Position numbers and translations under genes: made by a program. A stretch of DNA of 62,598 nucleotides, filler included. It is 7 parts of 7 records of this genome, joined end to end, with 100 filler letters (N's around TTAATTAATTAA, not from the genome) between each part and the next. Parts side by side here need not be neighbours in the genome. Positions count along the whole stretch, not along the records: positions 37,736 to 39,832 come from SRR11831585_720; positions 39,933 to 50,957 come from SRR11831585_722; 5 more parts are not named here. The stretch is one strand, 5' to 3'. Shown in pieces: positions 37,736-46,730 of this stretch (its first letter is position 1; every line of letters begins with the position of its first letter). A model generated the notes under the pieces. It was not told the origin of the DNA. It saw only the letters and a list, made by a program, of their open reading frames with translations, and searched no databases.

Positions 37736-37935
37736 CACCAATGCGATCTCGATACACCACAACACTCACAAACACTCATCACCACTCTGAAAGAAGACCT
37801 CTTGCAAACACAACACACAAGCTCAGTGTGGACTCAACAACACGACCCCTAACACAAACATCACACACAAAGAACCCACATCAAGCGTTACACACTCACC
37901 ACACACGCGGAGATACAACGTCCCTGTCGATCCTG

Positions 37936-38828
37936 TCACATAGCCGGACCGACATACGAATACTGATGTACAGGCGACGCCTGCGGATACCCATCGAAAG
38001 GACGCGATGGCGAGAACGTGCGTGTCTGCGCAAGCACGAGTGGGGTCTCAGTGGTGGCGATAGTGGTGGGCGGTGTAAAGCAGCGGAAGCGATCCATCAA
38101 GTAATGAAACTCCACGATAGAGCACCCGGGAGCGGAGTTGCGTCGTTGAAGGAGATGCGGTGGACAGGAGCATCCTTCGGGATCGAAGCTGTGCAGTGGT
38201 GGCAGCAGAGTTTTTGGTGTTGTTGTTTCGGAGCTGGACACGGAGTACGCTGCGTCGGAACTGTGTGAGTGCTGTGATGTGTTGAGGACGCGATTACGGT
38301 CGTGTCTACATGCAAACGGTAAGGTGATGTACAGAGCGCACAGATTGAAGCATTGTGAAACGTACCGCTCCATAGGATATTCAACGACTTGACGTGATGC
38401 CTCCATGTGCCCACGACGATGACGGGAGGAAAGCAACAGAGCAGGCGGGATTATATCTGCAGCTCATGTTAGAGTGATCCCAGTTGAATTCCGACAAAAC
38501 GGGCATACCTGCGCTGAGGCCATTCAGCACACGGACACGTTCATCGAGGAGTTTGTCGTATTGTTCCGATGTATTGTTTCCCTTGAGCGTCATCGCTACC
38601 AGATGGGTATCCAGATGCTTGAGACGCTGGTGAGGCCAGCGCGCCACGCCTAAGCAGACATGAGTCGCGCCAATCGCGAATCGCGTACTTCCGCTAACAC
38701 GTACCAAACTTTCGGCAGGCTTTCTTCACCGATGTCACACACAGTTGCAGCTGACGCGCGGCGTCCTCAATGGGCAGATGAAACACGGAGGACAGCTCTT
38801 CCTTCGAAACCAATCTGCGCTTTACCAT
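37936..38828 (-). CDS. Eukaryotic RWP-RK domain transcription factor, 241 aa, join(38828-38705, 38649-38509, 38456-38366, 38305-37936)
   Basis: Manual splicing gives 124+141+91+370 = 726 nt of open frame: MVKRRLVSKEELSSVFHLPIEDAARQLQLCVTSVKKACRKFGVARWPHQRLKHL...YVGPAM*. Confidence 0.85.
38306..38365 (-). other. Spliceosomal intron 3 (60 nt)
   Basis: GTACGT...CTTAC...TGTAG; frame-preserving and stop-free. Confidence 0.7.
38457..38508 (-). other. Spliceosomal intron 2 (52 nt)
   Basis: GTATGC...CTAAC...TGCAG; its removal joins two otherwise out-of-frame ORFs. Confidence 0.85.
38650..38704 (-). other. Spliceosomal intron 1 (55 nt, phase 1, inside the RWP-RK domain)
   Basis: GTACGT...CTCAT...CTTAG; its removal restores KKACRKFGVARWP. 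Confidence 0.88.
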
Positions 38829-39832
38829 TCTTTCCTCTCTCCTGCTTACACGTCTTCGAGCGGACTGCTGCTTGTTTCAGGTGCTCCAATTATACGCCTG
38901 TGTGCGTGAGCGAGCGACCAATGGCGCACACCAAACACAATCAGTATGTGTGCATGTGCTGTATGGAGTAATGAGAACACGTGCTGGGCCACTACGCTCC
39001 ACATACGGGCGCCTGCCACAAATGGTATACAACGGGCGAATTTCCCTCTTTGAGTAATTGCCACCGTTCGATAGGCTGGTTGACAACTAATGGTCATGTC
39101 AAGCGCCTGTCACCGGATCGACCGTTCGTCTTTGTCGGACTTACGGCAACTATGGGCAAAGACAGCGGCTAGGTTGCGCGTCGCTGCAGGTTTGCGCTCG
39201 GCTTGACCATGCCGGTCTCCTGTTCGCCCTCACCAGAACACCGTATCAAAACTGCACGCACTAGCTCCGAGCGCCTCTCTGTGGTGTTCGTTCGCGCGCA
39301 GTGAAGGAAAATGAGCATCGCGACACCTTCTGCCAGAACCATGCTTGAGAGGGCGATAATCAAGAGGGCCACTATATGCGTCATGATTCATGCCCGTCGT
39401 TCTAAAACGTCCAGAGTCTGAAAGCTAACTTGAAAACATAAACATGGTACGGTGTGGAGCGGGATCGTGCGTACTGGGCGGGCTTGTTGGCCGCTCCACT
39501 GGTTTGCCGTCATTCCTTAACAGTACTCTAACTGCTCTTTGCAAATTGCACTACGTGTTCCACTGACGTGCACGGACCTGCGCATGATGGTGTATTTTTT
39601 CGGTACGTTGTTTCTTATAGCACTTACTCTGACTACCACACAGTAGCTAGTCTACGTCCACACAAACAGTCCTTGCAGATCTACGGTCTGAGGAAGGGAC
39701 ATCCGGTTTTGTTCTTGAAGCAGTTTGCAAGACTCTTGTGTCAGGTTTTGGATCTCGAGCATGACTGCTTGGTTTTGCGTTTCGGATGCGAATCTGCGCC
39801 GTGGTACCAGTAGACTGTATCGTTCTCGTCGC

Positions 39833-39932
39833 NNNNNNNNNNNNNNNNNNNNNNNNNNNNNNNNNNNNNNNNNNNNTTAATTAATTAANNNNNNNNNNNN
39901 NNNNNNNNNNNNNNNNNNNNNNNNNNNNNNNN
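39833..39932. other. Artificial contig spacer
   Basis: N44-TTAATTAATTAA-N44. Confidence 0.98.
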
Positions 39933-40189
39933 AAAAAAGCCAGATGCCTGAACGTAATCTCGCTGTGATCGAGGGATTTGTTTCCCGCATTGACGTTCTG
40001 GATTACGACGCTGCTGCTGCCACACACACCGGCCAGATAAGAGCAGAACTTGCCCTTCAGGGACGCCCTGTCGGGCCATTTGATCAAATGATCGCAGGTC
40101 ATGCCCGCAGTCGGGGACTGATTATTGTGACTAATAACACCCGGGAATTTGAACGTGTGGGCGGCCTGAGAATTGAAGACTGGAGTTGA
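39933..40189 (+). CDS. vapC: PIN-domain toxin VapC (5'-truncated)
   Basis: GPFDQMIAGHARSRGLIIVTNNTREFERVGGLRIEDW is a VapC/MvpT C-terminus. Confidence 0.9.
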
Positions 40190-40197
40190 CCTGTTCA

Positions 40198-42351
40198 TCA
40201 GAAATCATCTCCCGGCTCAACATCCTCCCCGCGCTCCCGGTGCACATTAATGTTCACCTCTTCACGACGCTGCATCTGCTGCTGGATGTCCGGATGATTT
40301 TCCTGTTGCCATGCCTCATAAGCGGCCATATCCACCACTTCACCGGATTCACTGATCCCGGGTGGCAGTTGCTGTTCCATCTCTTCTTCCGGTTTCATTT
40401 TCAGCTCCTGCTCGATCCCCCCTGCCGGAACATTCACACCTGAATCTGACTTCTTATCGTTGATGGCAGGAGACACCGGCTGTTGCGGCTGTTCAGCCTG
40501 AGTCACGTCTTCTCCGGAAACAACCTCCGGGACATCCGGTTCGAAGAGGCTGGCCATCTGACGACCTTCTGCTTCCCTTGCGGCAAGTACGGCACTCAGA
40601 CGGTTCTCCATTTCCGGGTTGATGTCACGCGGAATAAACTCCGGAGCGACCTTCGGTCGTGTCTGATATTTCAGAGAGAGTTTTACTGCCGGATACGGTC
40701 CGGGCAGGGTGACATAACAGGTCAGATCCGGCAGAGACTGAATGTCGGAATAACTGACCAGCGTCTGGCGCTCCATATCCTTACCGGTCGATACCCCGTC
40801 ACGTACCGGATCAGCACCGTAGGAATACTGCTCGCTGGCTTTCAGGTGCTCTTTCTCACCAATTTCACCGGCAGCGAACTCTGCAATCTTATGGCTGGGA
40901 GAACGGAAAAAGGCACGGGTGTTCATGACGTCAAACAGCGAGGCAGCCGCTTTCTCACCGTAGATATCTTCCAGCTGGGCATAGGACTGGATACCAAACA
41001 CATAACAGCCACCGAACTTACGGGCTTCCGGCAGGATCTCCACCAGGTCCGGCAGTTTGTGTAACGTGGGTAACTCATCACAGAAAAACCACACACGACG
41101 GTTACGGTTTTCTCCCATTGCCAGCAGACCACGAATGGCAATGGACAGCCACATGGAGATCACCGGCTTCAGGGAGGCATGGGTGTCGGCATTCGACGAA
41201 ATAAACAGCCAGCCGTTTTTCTGATCTTCCCGGACACCACGCATCCAGTCACGGATGGTAAAAGGCTCACCGTTATGCTCAATCCCCTGCAGGTAACGGA
41301 TGGCTTTCACGTAGTTGGTCAGCACAGCACGGATGGAAATCGCCGTTTTCTCAATTTTCTCTTCCACCAGGTTGGCCGCCGGTGAATTACGCAGGTAGGT
41401 ACGCAGTTTTTCAATTTTGATGGAAAGCAGTGTGTCCACCAGTTTGCTGTAGCTGCGGTTGGGGTCATTACGCATCAGATACGCCGCTTCCGCAAAAATG
41501 GTACGTCCTGAACCCTGCCAGAACGGGTCCTCTTTTGTACCCATCGGGATCAGAGTATTTGCGGTATTATCAAAATCCGGCTGTGTCAGGCACTCCTTCC
41601 ACAAATCCCAGGCGGCACAGCGGGCATCCAGCGGATTCAGGATTTTATCGATGGAGGGATCATAGTAACTTTTAACAAATTCCCCCGAACGGTCATAAAT
41701 CACCACCATATCACCGCGCTGACGGGCGTAGTTGGCCAGACGACGGATAACTTCCGACTTACCGGCCCCGACCGTGCCGTGCAGACAGAAGTTCTGGATT
41801 TCGGAATCCCGGATAATCGGCAGGTCTCCAATCCGGATATCGGAGTCCTTGCCGTCTTTTTTCAGCATCCGGGCAACGTCTTTCGGATTGTCTGTCAGCT
41901 GACGACCACCTGTGACTTCATTTTCGCTCTGTTGTTTACCCTGACGCCCCAGAATCCAGGAGACAACAAAGAAGGTAATCAGGCAAATAACCAGTGCCAC
42001 AACAGCAGCCAGCACGAAGGCGGACCATAACTGCTCACTGCACCAGATCATATATTTGTCATGCAGTACCTGAGCAGCGTTCATGCGGAAGGTTTTACCG
42101 TAATACTGGATCTCATAGACCGGCTGGGATTTGATTAAATCCCGCATGCCTTCCAGCGTGGTACACCACCAGTAAATACAGCCGTTCACAAACGTCTGCC
42201 AGCTTATTTTTATCCATAAAACCAGACCAACGAGTATCCAGAAAAAAATAAACAGGCAGTAAAGCATGATATTGGCGATCTGGCTGAACATGCGGATACG
42301 CATGGACGCAATCTGACCGCCCTGGGTCATATCCTTTGCGTTAAAACTCAT
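40198..42351 (-). CDS. traD: Type IV coupling protein TraD
   Basis: GTVGAGKS Walker A, CDEL Walker B, C-terminal PGDDF TraM-binding tail. Confidence 0.98.
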   Translation of the reverse strand: MSFNAKDMTQGGQIASMRIRMFSQIANIMLYCLFIFFWILVGLVLWIKISWQTFVNGCIYWWCTTLEGMRDLIKSQPVYEIQYYGKTFRMNAAQVLHDKYMIWCSEQLWSAFVLAAVVALVICLITFFVVSWILGRQGKQQSENEVTGGRQLTDNPKDVARMLKKDGKDSDIRIGDLPIIRDSEIQNFCLHGTVGAGKSEVIRRLANYARQRGDMVVIYDRSGEFVKSYYDPSIDKILNPLDARCAAWDLWKECLTQPDFDNTANTLIPMGTKEDPFWQGSGRTIFAEAAYLMRNDPNRSYSKLVDTLLSIKIEKLRTYLRNSPAANLVEEKIEKTAISIRAVLTNYVKAIRYLQGIEHNGEPFTIRDWMRGVREDQKNGWLFISSNADTHASLKPVISMWLSIAIRGLLAMGENRNRRVWFFCDELPTLHKLPDLVEILPEARKFGGCYVFGIQSYAQLEDIYGEKAAASLFDVMNTRAFFRSPSHKIAEFAAGEIGEKEHLKASEQYSYGADPVRDGVSTGKDMERQTLVSYSDIQSLPDLTCYVTLPGPYPAVKLSLKYQTRPKVAPEFIPRDINPEMENRLSAVLAAREAEGRQMASLFEPDVPEVVSGEDVTQAEQPQQPVSPAINDKKSDSGVNVPAGGIEQELKMKPEEEMEQQLPPGISESGEVVDMAAYEAWQQENHPDIQQQMQRREEVNINVHRERGEDVEPGDDF

Positions 42352-42571
42352 GATGATATTCCGAAGAAAAAAAGTCAGTCGGACTGATTATTAATGATGA
42401 AAAGATTAATAACCGTTAAATTCCGGCTTCGCCGGCAACACTTCACGGTCGCACAAAGAATTTGCACAACCGCTCAGTGTTTTCATATTTATTTCGGAAA
42501 CGCCGGGGAGAAATAAAATTTATTTTATTTCTTTCCGGGGTTGGACAACGAGCAAAGCGAGGCGTCAGTCA

Positions 42572-42594
42572 GGAGGCCGGTCAGACCAGCCTCC
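42572..42594 (-). terminator. Stem-loop 3' of traT
   Basis: GGAGGC-CGGTCAGACCA-GCCTCC inverted repeat. Confidence 0.5.
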
Positions 42595-42603
42595 GGAAGA
42601 TAA

Positions 42604-43338
42604 TCAGAGAATATTTGCGATTGATTTGGCCAGCTGGTCTTCGAGAACAGGCTTCGCCTCTTCAAATTTCAGGTTAACCTTGTTCGCATTTGAGACCACA
42701 CGGGTCTGGTATTTATGCTGGTTACCTGTTTCTGTACTGGTCTGAATTTTCGCACCTGATGTGCCCTGACGCAGGGCGGCAACATTATCCGTTGTCACCG
42801 TTGCCTTAGTACGCTCTGCAATCTGCACATCCGTGATCATGGTATAGTTCACATCTTCCACCATCGCATCTGCAGCCATACCCACCAGACCGGCAGCAAG
42901 GCCCACACCGAGTGTGGCACCGGCAGAATTGGAATTATATCCGGTGATACCGGCACCTAACGCTGCACCAACTGCTGCGCCTTCATAACCACGGTTCAGC
43001 CATCCCTGAGACTCCCGCAGATCCATCTTATCGGCCTTCAGCACATTCGCCTGAATCCAGTAGTAGGCTTTATCCGGAGAAGTCACCACCTGATACCCTT
43101 TTGCTTTCACAGCATCAGCAATTTTGCCCTGCAGCCCACTCATGTCTTTATCAGACGTGTTTTTGATCTGCAGAAATACCGTGCGTTCGCTGGCGGGTTC
43201 AAGCCAGATGGTCTCACTCATCTGAGTCTTCACCTCAAGGTTACGCTTCTTGATTGCTGTGCTCATCGCACCACACCCTGAAAGGGCCAGAGTGGAACTG
43301 ACCAGTGCAACCATCATTAGTTTTTTTGTTTTCATCAT
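42604..43338 (-). CDS. traT: Surface exclusion/serum resistance lipoprotein TraT
   Basis: LSGC lipobox followed by [19 protein letters not shown]. Confidence 0.98.
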   Translation of the reverse strand: MMKTKKLMMVALVSSTLALSGCGAMSTAIKKRNLEVKTQMSETIWLEPASERTVFLQIKNTSDKDMSGLQGKIADAVKAKGYQVVTSPDKAYYWIQANVLKADKMDLRESQGWLNRGYEGAAVGAALGAGITGYNSNSAGATLGVGLAAGLVGMAADAMVEDVNYTMITDVQIAERTKATVTTDNVAALRQGTSGAKIQTSTETGNQHKYQTRVVSNANKVNLKFEEAKPVLEDQLAKSIANIL

Positions 43339-43359
43339 ATATTTACTCTCTAATATCTT

Positions 43360-43881
43360 TTATTTTACTCTTGATAACTTCTTGTTTTTGACGTAACTAT
43401 TGATTGCATCAATAACACCAACAAATTGATATCTACCGATATCTAATTGAATCAAGAACGCCATAATAACCGTCACTAAAATTGCGCCAAAACCGTATAT
43501 AATCCCTCCACCTAAAAAAGACCATAAAAATATAACTCCCATATACACAATGAAATACACTTTAAGTTTTGATGATATAACCCTCATTACGGATGATGTC
43601 TTTAGGAATTCTTCCGGCAGAGAGAAATATAACATTCTAATCCTTGCCACAATAAACAGAATAATAAGTCCAAGCCATCCTCCGGCTAACACAGCAGTGA
43701 GTGTTTCACTTGTCTTTTGTGTTATTAGAAATGACATTAGCAAGGGACAAAAAATCATCCACCCCATGATGATAAGCCCGGGTTTTAATCCCTGCCATAG
43801 TGACGGAATTCTAATATCTCCTGAGTCAATATGTTTCTTTAAAACTTCCAACTCACTACTGATAATTTGTTGTGTAATCAT
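43360..43881 (-). CDS. traS: Entry exclusion protein TraS
   Basis: AT-rich membrane protein gene between traG and traT. Confidence 0.9.
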   Translation of the reverse strand: MITQQIISSELEVLKKHIDSGDIRIPSLWQGLKPGLIIMGWMIFCPLLMSFLITQKTSETLTAVLAGGWLGLIILFIVARIRMLYFSLPEEFLKTSSVMRVISSKLKVYFIVYMGVIFLWSFLGGGIIYGFGAILVTVIMAFLIQLDIGRYQFVGVIDAINSYVKNKKLSRVK

Positions 43882-43913
43882 GGTCTCTCCATACCCTACC
43901 CAACATGTTATGA

Positions 43914-46730
43914 TTATTCTTTATGCTGGTAACTCTTTGCTTTCTCTAAAAGCTCTTTCGGACTATCAGCACCAGGTATTCTTTCCTGAGCCAGCTTTTC
44001 TTCATTATATTTATTATTCTGAGTTAATGCTTCTGTTTTATGATGATTTTGTAGTTCAGAATACTGCCCTTTTACAATATTTTCCTCGCCTCGGATGCTG
44101 TTCTGAGTATCTCCGATATTACCTCGATATTCTGTGACCATATTATCAACCTGATGTTTTACATCATTACGGATATTACTGTCCTGCGTTCTTTGCTCAA
44201 TAATGGCCTGATGTCCCTGATGATCAGCAATAATATCCTGGCTGCCACCACCCGAAGGTACGCTCTCCATTCCTTTACCTATATCTCTACGGGATTCACG
44301 CCAGGTGTTATCAACACCAGGCTGTACCTGTTCCTGCACAAAAGACCACGCCATAGCCCGACGGCGTTCTGCAATCTCCGGCGAACTGGTATTTGTCAGA
44401 ATAGCTTCAACATCCTGCGGTGCGTTTTTCATCACATACTGTGCAAACTGTTGCGACAGATCTTCACTCATCTGCCCACTCATACTCTCAGTACGGGATG
44501 CCATTTCAGCATATTCATGGCTGCGGGTCATATTCGTCGTGTACTGGTCGTAACTCTGTTTCGCTGAATTCAGGGCTGCAGACAACTGATCCACACGGGA
44601 ATCAGCATTATTGTCAGTATGGCTGCCGGATTCACTGACTTTGCGGCTGGTAAAGTAATCGCTGGCTTCTTTAAAGTCTTGTGTAGCTCTGGCATCGATA
44701 TCATGACGAGCATCATGGCTGGCCCGTGAACCACTACTGGCTTCATGTGAGTCAAGATCACTGCCATCAATGCTTGCCTTAGCTCCGGCCTGGAGACCAA
44801 CCCCTCCACCGTTACCCAATACACTTATGCCTAAATGCCCTTTAGCATAAGCATCACCGTAAAGGCCAAGCGACGCATTTGTACTTCTCGAGGCCAGTTC
44901 TCTCGTCGCCTGCTCATTACTGATATTATGCGCCTTCGCATAGCTTTCCACTGCACTGCGCATACGGCTGGCCATCATGGAGTCCTGAGCACTCATCGTG
45001 CTGTCAGCACCACCAGTGACAGAGTCACTGCTCCCCCGGTTAGAGCCAAACTGACTGAGTGTGTTCCAGGCACTGGCAATACTGCTGCTGAAACCATGCA
45101 GGGCACTTTCGGCTCTGTTCGACGCCTCCCGGGCCATTTCCTGTTGTGCCGCTGCAATCTGACGCGTTGCATTGATACCGACCGGTAACCGGGACATCGC
45201 TCCGCTTGCATCCATCACCATATTACCGTCACGGGTCTGTGTGGCGGTTGCGCCACTGCCGGTCTGGTACATCATCTGACCAAACGACGTGGTGCTGTTG
45301 GTGCTCCAGCTGAAGCCGTTCACGTTTTCCGTCTGCATGTTGCCGTAGGAGTAATTACCGTCAACCACACTGCCTGCTGCACTGGCCGTTGGACTGATAG
45401 ATGAAGAGGCGAAGTGGCTGTACACGCTGGAAAAACCTGCGCCAAGGCCTTTTACCATCATCCATGACAACGGGGGGATCATGGCTGAAAGATACCCGGC
45501 AGTGGAGGCCAGGTTAGAGTATTTCAGCTGTATCTGAGAGAGTTCAGACAACACGACCGGCGCACCATTCTGTTTCGCATAGAATGTCATGGCACTGTTC
45601 AGAATGGCATACAACAACGGCCAGGTCTGCAGCCACATCAGGGCAAACACATACCCCTTTAATACAGACAATGTCAGCTTGTTAAAGACAGCCGCCAGTA
45701 TCAGGAGCGGGAATATACCAATGGCAATCCCCGTCAGGATAGTCTGGACCATCGGCAGGTTTCGCATAGTTACATGACCAATGGAGACATGTGCCAGACG
45801 TTGTTTCTCCATCGATGACGTGGTGGCCAGACTTACCAGGCTGGCGGTGTCACCGTTACGGGCTGCATTACTGGTGATACCCTCTTTCAGGGCATTCATG
45901 GTGACGTTCTGGCGCATAATCTGGCTGGCAGACTGACTGGAGCCGTAGAAATAACTGTAACTGTCACTGACCAGTTGTCTGAATAACAGGTCCGGGTCCG
46001 GTCTGCCGCCAAATATCTGCTGCACATAATAATGCCAGGTCTTGCCTCCCGTCTTTGTATCGAGATTCAGCCTGTCTTTCAGCGTGACCGACGCATCCTT
46101 ACAAGTTATGAAATTATTATTGTTGTCATAAACGCCCCGTAGCGGGCTGGGGCGGGAAAAAATCAGCGTGTAGGGGTCAGCGGAGGCCATCAGGTCTTCC
46201 AGCGTGTATTTATGATTCAGGTAAATATCACCCAGCACGCAGTTCTGGACGTAGTCCTGGAACAGATTGATGATTTCCGGATTCCGGGACAGGAAATCGG
46301 TGCTTTTCACAATCAGATTCGCCCCGAACAGCATCCCCGTTTTGCTGTAGGTGACGCTGTCCGGTTGCGTGAAGATCATCTCGTAACTGGCCACCATTGC
46401 ATGCCCGATACGGGTCGTCAGTGAAAGTGGCATCGCCAGACCGACCGGCACATTATCCACCCGGTGAACTTTGACCAGGTCACTGTTATCAATAATCTGC
46501 ACCGATGTGCGGACATTAACCAGCAGGCTGATAAGCACAAACACGGCCACCCAGCCCAGCAAATCCATCACGTTGTGCCGCTGTACCCACATTACGGCCA
46601 CCGCGAGAACAGACAATGTGAGCGCAATTTTTTCAATGGAATCCCACGTCCAGGTTCCCATAAAGGCGGCAATGGCGTTCAGGTTATTCCGCAACCACTC
46701 ACCACCGGCAATCACATAAACTTCATTCAC
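43914..46730 (-). CDS. traG: Mating-pair stabilisation protein TraG
   Basis: MNEVYVIAGGEWL..., 938 aa. Confidence 0.97.
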   Translation of the reverse strand: MNEVYVIAGGEWLRNNLNAIAAFMGTWTWDSIEKIALTLSVLAVAVMWVQRHNVMDLLGWVAVFVLISLLVNVRTSVQIIDNSDLVKVHRVDNVPVGLAMPLSLTTRIGHAMVASYEMIFTQPDSVTYSKTGMLFGANLIVKSTDFLSRNPEIINLFQDYVQNCVLGDIYLNHKYTLEDLMASADPYTLIFSRPSPLRGVYDNNNNFITCKDASVTLKDRLNLDTKTGGKTWHYYVQQIFGGRPDPDLLFRQLVSDSYSYFYGSSQSASQIMRQNVTMNALKEGITSNAARNGDTASLVSLATTSSMEKQRLAHVSIGHVTMRNLPMVQTILTGIAIGIFPLLILAAVFNKLTLSVLKGYVFALMWLQTWPLLYAILNSAMTFYAKQNGAPVVLSELSQIQLKYSNLASTAGYLSAMIPPLSWMMVKGLGAGFSSVYSHFASSSISPTASAAGSVVDGNYSYGNMQTENVNGFSWSTNSTTSFGQMMYQTGSGATATQTRDGNMVMDASGAMSRLPVGINATRQIAAAQQEMAREASNRAESALHGFSSSIASAWNTLSQFGSNRGSSDSVTGGADSTMSAQDSMMASRMRSAVESYAKAHNISNEQATRELASRSTNASLGLYGDAYAKGHLGISVLGNGGGVGLQAGAKASIDGSDLDSHEASSGSRASHDARHDIDARATQDFKEASDYFTSRKVSESGSHTDNNADSRVDQLSAALNSAKQSYDQYTTNMTRSHEYAEMASRTESMSGQMSEDLSQQFAQYVMKNAPQDVEAILTNTSSPEIAERRRAMAWSFVQEQVQPGVDNTWRESRRDIGKGMESVPSGGGSQDIIADHQGHQAIIEQRTQDSNIRNDVKHQVDNMVTEYRGNIGDTQNSIRGEENIVKGQYSELQNHHKTEALTQNNKYNEEKLAQERIPGADSPKELLEKAKSYQHKE

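Larger units (their letters stand above)
37736..39832. other. Foreign eukaryotic contig (2097 bp)
   Basis: No recognisable bacterial gene; several 48-60 nt GT-AG introns; spliced RWP-RK gene. Confidence 0.88.

Noticed and set aside
37741-38268. 175-aa plus-strand T/H-rich ORF in the foreign contig
   Set aside because: It arises from the stop-poor CA-rich tract and is antisense to exon 4 of the RWP-RK gene.
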